Source: Candidatus Poribacteria bacterium | GTDB taxonomy: Bacteria > Poribacteria > WGA-4E > WGA-3G | DNA: 64,000 nt | Assembly (NCBI GenBank): GCA_965205015.1 | Contig: OZ242029.1 | Coordinates: 5,312,001 to 5,376,000, forward strand | Direction: 5' to 3' | Shown here: piece by piece, positions 10,084 to 18,402 of the stretch | How the letters are laid out: each line of letters starts with the position of its first letter | Position numbering within the stretch: position 1 is the stretch's first letter | Made by a program: the position numbers and the translations under genes | Notes under the pieces: generated by a model | What the model was told of the DNA's origin: nothing | Seen by the model: only the letters and a program-made list of their open reading frames with translations | Databases searched by the model: none

Positions 10084-10809
10084 CTATCTCCATTTTGAGG
10101 ATTCAATGGACTTGAACGTCGCAAATAAGCAGACGCATGTGAAACTGACGTAGTAAATAACATCTTTCAAAAGGATGATACCGCGTGAGAAATCTCGGTA
10201 GTGTTCAGGGAGTGACAGGTAACTCAGGAACTTCGCTATCGGTCCACCACGGGCTGAGAGCGCACCGATCACCCATAGTGTGATGAGGATCCCGAAACTC
10301 GTCAGCGCGGCGACGAGTTGGTTTTTACACATTGACGACATCAGCACGCCTAATGCCAAGAACGAGAAACTGATTAAGATGATACCGAGATAACCGCTGA
10401 TCAGGAGTCCACTGTCCAAATAACCGAAACGTTGGGTGAGGAGTGGAAACAGCAGCGTCAAGCCAAGCATAATAAGCATCAAAGTGCAGCTCGCCAAAAA
10501 TTTGCCGAGTACCACTTGACCATCTGTGATCGGAGACGTCAGGAGTAGTTCAATCGTTCCCGATTTCCGTTCTTCCGCAAAGAGTTTCATCGTCAACACC
10601 GGCGTAAAAAAGAGTAAGACGGTCGCCATGTTCCCGAAGAGTGTTTCCATCACGTATCCGCCCGTCCCGCCGACGTTACTCGCACCGATAAGCAGGATGG
10701 AGAACAGAAAGCCCGAAATCGCTATAAAAACAAAACAGACGAAATAGGCGATCGGTGAGACGAAATAGGTATAGAGCTCTTTTGTGCAAACGGCAAGAAT
10801 ATTTCTCAT
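10084..10809 (-). CDS. GldF-like ABC-2 permease
   Basis: KELYTYFVSPIAY, TMKLFAEERKSGTIELLLTSP, GKFLA; start set to MRNILAV. Confidence 0.9.
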   Translation of the reverse strand: MRNILAVCTKELYTYFVSPIAYFVCFVFIAISGFLFSILLIGASNVGGTGGYVMETLFGNMATVLLFFTPVLTMKLFAEERKSGTIELLLTSPITDGQVVLGKFLASCTLMLIMLGLTLLFPLLTQRFGYLDSGLLISGYLGIILISFSFLALGVLMSSMCKNQLVAALTSFGILITLWVIGALSARGGPIAKFLSYLSLPEHYRDFSRGIILLKDVIYYVSFTCVCLFATFKSIESSKWR

Positions 10810-10864
10810 TTTTTTATTCAGGCACCAAGCGTAAAAATAAGCAATTGGGGCATTAGTAGTCTTT

Positions 10865-11620
10865 CTATGCACCTCTCGCAAATTGCTTCCGTACCTTCCC
10901 CACAAAGAAGGGACCGAGCGATTCAATGTATTTCGTGGTCTGCTCTGTCTGACGCATATCCTGTATCAAACGCGATAACGGATGTAAATCGGGACCGACC
11001 AATCCGATAACGAATTCATTGTCATTCGTATCTAATCCGAAGCATGAGAGTCGGATGTCGCTTGCGTATCCACCCGCGGCATAACTGCGACCGAGCATAG
11101 CATGTTCACCTAAAATCCTGCCACGTTCACGGTGTTCAAGGCGATAAAATTCGGGGTTTCGGCGCAACGGATACCAAATCGCCCATGGAAAATCAGGGCT
11201 GAGGGCGTTTTGAAGAGGCCTGTTGAGGAGCCACTCCTCCAAATTGGGTTCTCTACCACTCGCATAGGTTCGACCTGTCATGGTCATTTCTGGACGATAT
11301 GACAGTTGAGGCGCGTCCTGTGCCTTTACGAGTAGACTTCGTGATTCCGCCATTAGCATCGCTGGATCTTCTGCGATGAGAAGCACTCCGATCCCTGTCG
11401 GCTGGTTTAGATCGTCGTATAGGACTGCGTTTAGACTTCCCTTCTCAAGTATCTTAGTGATAAGTCTGTGGTCGAAGCACTCTTTAAAAACATGTAGTTG
11501 AAAGAACAAACGCCGGTCGCTAACTTGTGGTTTTCCATTGATGGGCGCGCCGACCTCTTGGATGTCCGGGGGTTCAGGACGTTGCGGTCTCTTCTGTTCG
11601 GTGTTCATAATCTTAGTCAT
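10865..11620 (-). CDS. Chlorite dismutase-family protein, probably coproheme decarboxylase (ChdC/HemQ-like)
   Basis: WYPLRR, EHAMLGRSY (proximal His), FGLD, MR.TE.T, GPFFVG. Confidence 0.8.
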   Translation of the reverse strand: MTKIMNTEQKRPQRPEPPDIQEVGAPINGKPQVSDRRLFFQLHVFKECFDHRLITKILEKGSLNAVLYDDLNQPTGIGVLLIAEDPAMLMAESRSLLVKAQDAPQLSYRPEMTMTGRTYASGREPNLEEWLLNRPLQNALSPDFPWAIWYPLRRNPEFYRLEHRERGRILGEHAMLGRSYAAGGYASDIRLSCFGLDTNDNEFVIGLVGPDLHPLSRLIQDMRQTEQTTKYIESLGPFFVGKVRKQFARGA

Positions 11621-11633
11621 TAGTTTTGAGAGA

Positions 11634-11737
11634 TGTCAGCCGGCAGTCGGCATCGCGGTGAGATGGGTCAGTAAAGAGATTTTCGTTTAACAAACGTCTC
11701 TTGTGACTGACAACTGGTAACTGACAACTGACAACTC
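11634..11737. repeat. Intergenic heptamer-armed palindromic repeat
   Basis: GTCAGC..GTCGG..GTCAGT arm versus (CTGACAA)n arm around AAGAGA..TCTCTT. Confidence 0.6.
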
Positions 11738-11738
11738 T

Positions 11739-13304
11739 TCAACCTTTTGTGGTGTACGATTCACGAATCCACGCTTCGAGGACCTGATCCGGATTTTCCA
11801 AAACAGCCTTTGGAAAGGTGAATGTGGATTGTCCGGTGTTCTGCTTAATTAAGTTCAACCCGTGCTGATAACTTCCCAGAAGTTGATCGCAGACCTGCTG
11901 AACTGTTTGTGCGTCTGCAATCGCACGTTCGCAAATAAGCGCAGTCGCTTCATCGTCAAACTGAATTTGCAATTGATGTTCTGTGTAGAACTGTGCTTCA
12001 TACCGGCGAACCTGTTCGTACATCACAGTTCTGCGGTTGTAGTCGGGTTCTTCGGTAATTCGTTTTAATTCGGCATCCGGGGCATCGACAACTTCAGCAG
12101 TGACGACGAATTCTTCAACACCCGTGGAGGGGAGTTCAAATTTATAGTCGCGCAAAACCTTTTCACAAACCGTCATTAAGGCACGCGCCCCTGTTTTTTG
12201 TTCAATGGCTTTTTCAGCAATCCGTCGTAAACCGCAATCTGAAAACAGTGCCGTGATGCCATACGCTCGAAAGGCGTTTTCGTATTGCCGGATAATGGAA
12301 CCTTCGGAGTGTTTTAGGATATAGAAGAGGTCATCGACACCGAGTTCCGTGCAAATAACGTGTACAGGGAGCCGTCCAATAAATTCAGGTTCAAAGCCGA
12401 AGTCGATAAAGTCTTTCGGTGTAACGTTCTCGAAGTACTGTGCTGTGTCATCGGTTTGACTCGTAATCTCAGCGTTGAAGCCAATTTTGCTTTGATGCAT
12501 GCGTTTCTTGATAATATCTGCGATACCGGTGAACGCACCGCTGATGATGAAAAGAATGTGCCGTGTGTTGATAACCTCTTTCTCGACTTTGCCGCTTTTC
12601 TGAAATTCCATGGCGGCACGCATCTGTGAGGCGACATCGTTTCCGCTACGCAGGTCGACTTCGGTTTCCTCCATCAATTTAAGGAGTCCAATCTGCACAC
12701 CGCGTCCACTCACATCACGTCCAATAATATTTGGCGGTGTCGCGATTTTGTCCGCTTCGTCGAGATAGATGATGCCGTATTGTGCCAATTCGAGATTGTC
12801 TTCGGCTTGGGTTACCAGTTCACGGATTAAGTCGTCAACGTTCGCACCGACGTAACCGGTTTCACTGAATCGGGTCGCGTCTGCTTTGACAAACGGCACA
12901 CCGATGAGTTTAGCGATGTGTCGGATGAGATAGGTCTTACCGACGCCGGTCGGCCCGAGCATGACGATGTTCTGCTTAGAGTAATCGGCATCCGCAGCAG
13001 TTGGGTCCTCATGGCATTCCCGGACGTGGTTGTAGTGGTCGCAGACGGCGATAGCGAGTGCCTTCTTTGCCTCGTCCTGTTTGATGACGTATCGGTCAAG
13101 ATATTGCTTAATCTCCCTCGGTTTGAGGTCGAACTTCAGATCGAAGGTTTTTTTCGGCTCAAGGGCTTCTTCTTCTGCTTCAGACGCGGGTTCGCCGGCA
13201 GATGCGTTAATTAAACGGACGCTCCCGCCGTATTTCTGTTGTACGAATTCTTGGAATTCTTTTTCAATCTCTTCGGGTGTAGGTATCTTCTTATTTGTGT
13301 TCAC
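11739..13304 (-). CDS. ClpX-like AAA+ ATPase lacking the N-terminal zinc-binding domain
   Basis: GPTGVGKT, GYVG pore loop, LDEADK, RDVSGRGVQ, IGF loop, PEFIGRLP, TGARAL. Confidence 0.85.
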   Translation of the reverse strand: MNTNKKIPTPEEIEKEFQEFVQQKYGGSVRLINASAGEPASEAEEEALEPKKTFDLKFDLKPREIKQYLDRYVIKQDEAKKALAIAVCDHYNHVRECHEDPTAADADYSKQNIVMLGPTGVGKTYLIRHIAKLIGVPFVKADATRFSETGYVGANVDDLIRELVTQAEDNLELAQYGIIYLDEADKIATPPNIIGRDVSGRGVQIGLLKLMEETEVDLRSGNDVASQMRAAMEFQKSGKVEKEVINTRHILFIISGAFTGIADIIKKRMHQSKIGFNAEITSQTDDTAQYFENVTPKDFIDFGFEPEFIGRLPVHVICTELGVDDLFYILKHSEGSIIRQYENAFRAYGITALFSDCGLRRIAEKAIEQKTGARALMTVCEKVLRDYKFELPSTGVEEFVVTAEVVDAPDAELKRITEEPDYNRRTVMYEQVRRYEAQFYTEHQLQIQFDDEATALICERAIADAQTVQQVCDQLLGSYQHGLNLIKQNTGQSTFTFPKAVLENPDQVLEAWIRESYTTKG

Positions 13305-13377
13305 GGTTGTGTATTACCTCTATTAATATAATCCAACTTTCTACTTGCAAGATTTTAGCAATGAAACCTGTATCTTT

Positions 13378-13442
13378 GTAGCATAAACTGTTAGTTTGCG
13401 CACGGAACCCGTGTCTTCGTAGCGTGAACTGTTAGTTTGCGC
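13378..13442. repeat. Tandem GTAG-type REP pair
   Basis: GTAGC(A/G)T(A/G)AACTGTTAGTTTGCGC x2; further copies at 2442-2465 and 29921-29944. Confidence 0.8.
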
Positions 13443-13466
13443 ATGGATGGGAAACCGAACCTAAAG

Positions 13467-14507
13467 TTAAGGGGGACTACTTGTAAGTTCACGACGGACA
13501 ATTTCAGTCCCAGCTACCATCGCTTCCAGTTTCGCGGCAGCCGCCCACCGCGCAGTTTGACTGAATCCACAATCCGGTGTGATAGACAATTTTTCGGGAC
13601 GCACGTGCTTGAGTGCTTCCCGGAGCAATGCTGCGACATCCTCCGGTGTTTCTACATAATAGTTTTTGACATCGATGAGTCCTGCAGCAAGTTCTTTATC
13701 GTTCGGAAACTCGCTCCACAACCCGATTTCTGCCATCTCTCGGTTTGCGAATTCCAGTGCGAGTTGATCGAAAGCTGCGTCCAAAATATACGGAAAGAGC
13801 GGACGATACGAACGTTTACCGACGGCTCTGCCACGGTAGTTGCCGAAACAGATGTGCAGTCCAATCTTTGCAGAGACACCTTCAACGGTGTGATTGAAAA
13901 GTTTGACGAACGCTTCAGGACGATCCGGATAGACGGCGTAAGAGGGTTCGTCTAACTGTATGAATTCTGCACCAGCAGCGACGAGTTGACGGAGTTCTGT
14001 GTTGATAATCTCCGCACAGGCGTAGGCGACTTCAAGGCGTTCTTTATAAATGCCACCCGTCTGAATCCGTCCAGAGAGCGTGAATGGACCGGGACATGTC
14101 ACCTTGAGCGGTTTCGTCGCCTCGTTCTTCGCGAATTCAAATTCCGAGAGGATACCGAGCCCGTCGGGAGCCGAGAGCGGAACGGAGGGCAACCATTTGC
14201 CGCGTTGATCGTGTCCGTCGGGTCCGTGCGTTCTGGGAGCCGGGAGTTGTTCTAAGCCAGTGAGCCGTTCATAGAAACCGAGAACGAAGTCTTGTCGGCG
14301 CATCTCACCCTCTGTGACGATATCAATGCCGGCGCGTTCTTGGTCTGCGATAGCGGCGCGCACTGCGTCGTCGAAGGTTTCGTTAATGTCGGTTTCCCCG
14401 AGTTCTCCACGTCCGATTGCTTCTAACGTAACACACAGCCAACTCGGTGGTGCGTAACTTCCGATAGTACTGGTGGGTATCAAAATGTCCGTGTCTGTCA
14501 TTAACAT
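13467..14507 (-). CDS. Cobalamin-independent methionine synthase II family protein (MetE catalytic domain only)
   Basis: IGSY, EGEMRR, GPFT, IQLDEP, HICFGN, PDCG zinc ligands. Confidence 0.9.
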   Translation of the reverse strand: MLMTDTDILIPTSTIGSYAPPSWLCVTLEAIGRGELGETDINETFDDAVRAAIADQERAGIDIVTEGEMRRQDFVLGFYERLTGLEQLPAPRTHGPDGHDQRGKWLPSVPLSAPDGLGILSEFEFAKNEATKPLKVTCPGPFTLSGRIQTGGIYKERLEVAYACAEIINTELRQLVAAGAEFIQLDEPSYAVYPDRPEAFVKLFNHTVEGVSAKIGLHICFGNYRGRAVGKRSYRPLFPYILDAAFDQLALEFANREMAEIGLWSEFPNDKELAAGLIDVKNYYVETPEDVAALLREALKHVRPEKLSITPDCGFSQTARWAAAAKLEAMVAGTEIVRRELTSSPP

Positions 14508-14552
14508 TCCTCTGTTTTTTGCATAAAATGCCTTTGGTAGTCCAATGTATCT

Positions 14553-16103
14553 TTATTCCCCAACGTTTGCGTAGAAGAACGGTGGCATCGTCAAGGCAAC
14601 GACATCGTCTTCCCCAGAGATTTCACGCGCCATCGCAAGGGCATCATCTAAGTTGCGCGCCCAGTCAACACCGAGCCGTTGCGCCACCCTCGGTTCCTTG
14701 GGACCCACGAGGATTACCTTCGCGAGGTATTTCAGTGGATACGTCGCCCAATACCAGACAGTGAACGGATGGAAACCGTGGTGCGCGAACTTGTTCCGAT
14801 AGCAATCGATTAAGTATTCGTCCTTTGCGTATTTTTCCTGAAACTTCTGTTGCATCTCAAACGGTTCCGTCGTTTCAGCGAGCACCTCATCGTAAAATTG
14901 CTTATAGGCGACGTGATACTCTTCATGAAAGATTTCGTATGTCGGGTTCATGATGATAACCACACCGTTCTTTTTGATGATGGGTTTATTATAGAACCAG
15001 TTGAAGACGTAGCCTAAAATATCGCTCACCACTAAAACAGGGTTGATACGCGCATCGACGGCGTAGGGACTCATATCGGGAAGCCCAAAGACTAACGTAC
15101 TGAACTGCCGCGGGATGTCTATTGCCAACTGATCTTTCATTGACGCTAACGTTTTCGCGTGAACGGCATCGATGTCGCCTGTGTTAACTTGTATCGGTTC
15201 GTAGTCCGTCTGCACGCTCTTAAGAATCTGGTAACGCAGCGATTCGGGCAGCAGCGATAGGGTCGCTGGTGTGAAGGTTTTCAGCACTTTCTCTACGATG
15301 TTGCAGTCGCGGTTCGGTTTCCCGACGTAGCGCAGATGAAATGGGTAAATCGCACCGTTCATTGCCGCTTCAAGTACCAAGATCGGTGTCTCTTTCTGAA
15401 TGAGACGGCTCATCCGTTCGATACAGGCGTGCATGTGCGAACCGTCGGGTTGCATGACGTGTGGACTTTCTGCTGTCATGTGCGGCGAGTGGTGCGGTGC
15501 TATAGAGTTATAGGTACCGAGACCCACCGCGACGGATTTATGTCCACCGTTGAGTGGAATCTGTATCATGTCAACATAAATCACCAGATCGGATTCGAGG
15601 ACTGCCTTATCCGTCTCAACGATTTCGTTTTTCTCCGTGTGTCCTACGTAGGCAATCTGGTCGGCATCCTCTGCATCGAAATTTCGGAGTTGATGCGGAT
15701 AGAACTCGTCCATAATGTCTTTTCCGAGCATGTAGGCGAGTTCATGTTCCTTCATCTTTCGATGCAATGCGACGGCACACATCAGCTGGATGTTCTTTTT
15801 CTCCACGCCGTAGTTATAGAGCATCTTCAGAAGCGTCTCGATCATGATTTGCCGCATATCCGGCTTTTTGGTGGCGGGAAAGGGTTGGCAGTTATCGTCA
15901 AACAGGATAAGCACTTTAGAATTGCCGTTGACGAGTTCGCGTAACGGCGGCATCGCAAGTGGATTTTCAAAGGCACGCTGTGTGTGTTCACTCAGGGCAT
16001 CGCGCTTGATTCCCGGCAGGGGTGGTTTCGCGTAGTAGACCTCTGAGTTATCCGGCAGTTTCGCGTTGATGAGATGATTTCCGAAATAAGTAAAGTATTT
16101 CAT
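14553..16103 (-). CDS. Lactate racemase (LarA/DUF2088) domain protein
   Basis: AFENP..MPPLRE, DD..P, ALHRKM, GGHKS motifs of LarA homologs. Confidence 0.8.
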   Translation of the reverse strand: MKYFTYFGNHLINAKLPDNSEVYYAKPPLPGIKRDALSEHTQRAFENPLAMPPLRELVNGNSKVLILFDDNCQPFPATKKPDMRQIMIETLLKMLYNYGVEKKNIQLMCAVALHRKMKEHELAYMLGKDIMDEFYPHQLRNFDAEDADQIAYVGHTEKNEIVETDKAVLESDLVIYVDMIQIPLNGGHKSVAVGLGTYNSIAPHHSPHMTAESPHVMQPDGSHMHACIERMSRLIQKETPILVLEAAMNGAIYPFHLRYVGKPNRDCNIVEKVLKTFTPATLSLLPESLRYQILKSVQTDYEPIQVNTGDIDAVHAKTLASMKDQLAIDIPRQFSTLVFGLPDMSPYAVDARINPVLVVSDILGYVFNWFYNKPIIKKNGVVIIMNPTYEIFHEEYHVAYKQFYDEVLAETTEPFEMQQKFQEKYAKDEYLIDCYRNKFAHHGFHPFTVWYWATYPLKYLAKVILVGPKEPRVAQRLGVDWARNLDDALAMAREISGEDDVVALTMPPFFYANVGE

Positions 16104-16172
16104 TTAAACGGGATAACTCGCTTCTTGCGACAGTTTTAATTGATGTTCTGTATGGCTTGTAATCACCAATTT

Positions 16173-16201
16173 ATTTTAGCATAATTTATGGGAATGTGCA
16201 A
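16173..16201 (-). promoter_or_regulatory. Sigma70-like promoter for the larA-like/metE-like genes
   Basis: Minus strand TTGCAC-N17-TAAAAT with extended -10 TG. Confidence 0.55.
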
Positions 16202-16243
16202 ATTTATTTATCAGAATTAGGCATTTCATACTGTCTATTATGC

Positions 16244-16259
16244 GCAAATTTCGTGCCAG
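16244..16259 (-). promoter_or_regulatory. Sigma54 (-24/-12) promoter
   Basis: Minus strand CTGGCACGAAATTTGC matches the TGGCAC-N5-TTGC consensus. Confidence 0.65.
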
Positions 16260-16295
16260 GCTGGATAGGTATTCCACTGATATTCTTGGCAAAAA

Positions 16296-16344
16296 TTGCC
16301 CCGAATAGGGCAAATCTCATTTCAAATTGCACGAAATAGGGCAG
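16296..16344. promoter_or_regulatory. Pair of palindromic sites, candidate enhancer-binding-protein sites
   Basis: TTGCCCCGAATAGGGCAA and TTGCACGAAATAGGGCAG, about 31 bp apart, upstream of the sigma54 motif. Confidence 0.5.
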
Positions 16345-16468
16345 GTTCGGGAGATAAGAATTTACGGATGAAATGAATTGAATATCGCTTGGGAGATGGA
16401 TGGTAGGTGAACGCGTTCGTCGGGCATCTCTCGCAGGATTTCAAGATTATCGCCGAAATAGAGTTTGT

Positions 16469-16996
16469 TCATGGTGAATCACTTTGAAGTGGTGGTAAGT
16501 CCGATTCACTAAAATCAAGCGTGAAAGTCCTGGAATATTCTTTGCCTTGTAAGTCCTCGTAAGTGACATCAATATCAATTGGCACTTGGCTCAAATCGAC
16601 GGATTCAGTTAACCGACTGACTTGATTACGCTCTATTTTCTGTCCAGGGGCAAGGAGTGCAATTCCCTTATTAAGAAATCCAATCTGATTAAGGGGTATG
16701 CCTCCGTGAGGCGTGAAATCAATGGGGACTTCAAACTTGATTTTACGGGCAACTCCTGTACCTACGTTTTCTACACAAAGTGTGGCCACAGTGATTTCAA
16801 AAATGCCTTGATTTAACTCTCTCTCACTTACAAGACCACTGATTACCTTCTCGCGAAGTAGATAGACTATAATTTCAGGTTTGTTGGCAGTATCTACGAG
16901 TTTCCTCGTCAGATAGGCGTACCAACCTGTGATGATCACCAGCACAAAAGTCGAAATTACAGTAAGCGCGCCACTGTTGTCATTCAACCACTCCAT
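16469..16996 (-). CDS. Hypothetical membrane-anchored protein
   Basis: N-terminal TM helix (LTVISTFVLVIITGWYAYLT), ENVG.G.A motif, beta-rich C-terminus; AT-rich. Confidence 0.7.
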   Translation of the reverse strand: MEWLNDNSGALTVISTFVLVIITGWYAYLTRKLVDTANKPEIIVYLLREKVISGLVSERELNQGIFEITVATLCVENVGTGVARKIKFEVPIDFTPHGGIPLNQIGFLNKGIALLAPGQKIERNQVSRLTESVDLSQVPIDIDVTYEDLQGKEYSRTFTLDFSESDLPPLQSDSP

Positions 16997-17002
16997 TATG
17001 CA

Positions 17003-17236
17003 TTAGATCTCCATGGCTATATTCTTCACTTCGCTCCGAATGACAGAATCTGTTTCTCGGTTAACGACGCGAAACTCAATCTGAATCTGACCATTTTCAT
17101 CGGCATAACGGAGGATGTTGGGGTCATTGACGTTAACCTGCATATACTCGTTGACATAACATTCCACAACGATGGGTTCATTCCTGTCGTTTGGATATGT
17201 TATCTTTACATTTTTATGGAATTGTTGTTCGTTCAT
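17003..17236 (-). CDS. Hypothetical protein (77 aa)
   Basis: ORF with AGGT RBS, tightly spaced to the next gene. Confidence 0.55.
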   Translation of the reverse strand: MNEQQFHKNVKITYPNDRNEPIVVECYVNEYMQVNVNDPNILRYADENGQIQIEFRVVNRETDSVIRSEVKNIAMEI

Positions 17237-17248
17237 TTGTTATACCTA

Positions 17249-17344
17249 CTATAGAAGCTTAACAATTATGGCAGCAACGATGCCGGTAACAGTTACAGCT
17301 ATTGTTACAGTCCACTGCAAGCATTTTTCTAATCTGTTTATCAA
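17249..17344 (-). CDS. Putative small hydrophobic peptide or gene 3' fragment ((L)INRLEKCLQWTVTIAVTVTGIVAAIIVKLL)
   Basis: Read manually; single TM-like stretch; stop is followed directly by the RBS of the next gene; start (TTG or ATA) uncertain. Confidence 0.35.
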   Translation of the reverse strand: MINRLEKCLQWTVTIAVTVTGIVAAIIVKLL

Positions 17345-17394
17345 TTCTTCAGCGTCAAAACTCCGTCCTTTAGGTCGGAGATGTAGACGCTGCT

Positions 17395-18402
17395 TTAGGA
17401 GTATCTAAAGTTGAGTTTTCTCAAAACCTGATAGGTATTCGGTTTAGCCGTGAGAATAATCTGTTTGCTGCTGTGAATTTCACTCAGGGTCAAGCATCCT
17501 TTTTGATGTCCTGTGACGCGTAGAAGTCCTTTTTTAACATGCCTCACTAATGTATTCTTCGCAACACCAAGACAGGTCGTGCCTCCATAACGAGGGCGTT
17601 TGCCACCTTTCTGTGGATTCTGTCTGTGGAGTTCACGCCTGCGTATCGGTATTGGCGATATACAGAAGATTGAAATATTGTCCACAATCGGGTTGCCTCC
17701 GACTATCTGATATGATAGGCACCAACTATCGACACAATGTGCCTCAAACGTCTCTGATAGTTTATGCGACGACTTCTTGAGACCTAATCTATCTCGTATC
17801 TCCTTTGTTTCCCACCCTTGAAAGGTTCGTAGGTGCCAACGCTTCTGAACTTCAGCGTAGAACCCCTGCTTACCCACTTCCAAGGGACTAAAGGATTTAT
17901 TCCACTTTTTCGCATGTTCTATCGTCCGTGCTTGAATACCCTCAACACATACATGTGTGATTGGATACAGTTTGGATAACCACTGTAGTATACGCAACTT
18001 CCACGCCCATCTTGCGCGTGTGCCTGCGGGGATACGGTCTTTGTTGGCAAGCCGATTCGTCCGATTCTTTCTATTCGGACACTTACGCGACCGACGACCT
18101 CTCCGCAACTCACGACGCTTTTCTATCTTCTTACCGACTTTGTTGTGTGCATCCGCTTGCACATTCAGATATGTATGGGACTCACTTTTAACCGTAAAAC
18201 CCTCTTTCTTACTGCCAGGGTCTACGCCTACAGCAATCTCTTGCTTGTAATAGCGTTCCCGCACTTCTTTGTTAAGCCTGATACAGAAAATACCATTATT
18301 CCAATAAGGCGTGGCTTCTCCACTTTTAATCAAATGCCTTGCTACGGGGGGAATGGTAGGCATTAGGGGTATATGTTGCCCCATCCAGATCACGGTATCC
18401 AA
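17395..18402 (-). CDS. isrB: IsrB RNA-guided nickase (RRXRR family; PLMP, RuvC, bridge helix, no HNH)
   Basis: PLMPT, RuvC-I GVDPGSK, Arg-rich RRELRRGRRSR, RuvC-II VCVE, RuvC-III AHCVD; about 335 aa with no HNH insert; start uncertain (18402, 18384 or 18363). Confidence 0.85.
   Translation of the reverse strand: MDTVIWMGQHIPLMPTIPPVARHLIKSGEATPYWNNGIFCIRLNKEVRERYYKQEIAVGVDPGSKKEGFTVKSESHTYLNVQADAHNKVGKKIEKRRELRRGRRSRKCPNRKNRTNRLANKDRIPAGTRARWAWKLRILQWLSKLYPITHVCVEGIQARTIEHAKKWNKSFSPLEVGKQGFYAEVQKRWHLRTFQGWETKEIRDRLGLKKSSHKLSETFEAHCVDSWCLSYQIVGGNPIVDNISIFCISPIPIRRRELHRQNPQKGGKRPRYGGTTCLGVAKNTLVRHVKKGLLRVTGHQKGCLTLSEIHSSKQIILTAKPNTYQVLRKLNFRYS

Noticed and set aside
16104-16172. SAM or cobalamin riboswitch for the MetE-like gene
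   Set aside because: Short AT-rich leader without the conserved aptamer elements.
18266-18276. 11-nt match (TCTTTGTTAAG) between the guide region (18675-18685) and the isrB ORF, suggesting self-targeting
   Set aside because: Short and AT-rich, and it excludes the TAM-proximal 3' end of the guide; plausible by chance.
17395-18402. IscB, Cas9 or TnpB call
   Set aside because: No HNH segment between RuvC-II and RuvC-III and no TnpB zinc finger; size and PLMP motif fit IsrB; no CRISPR array adjacent.
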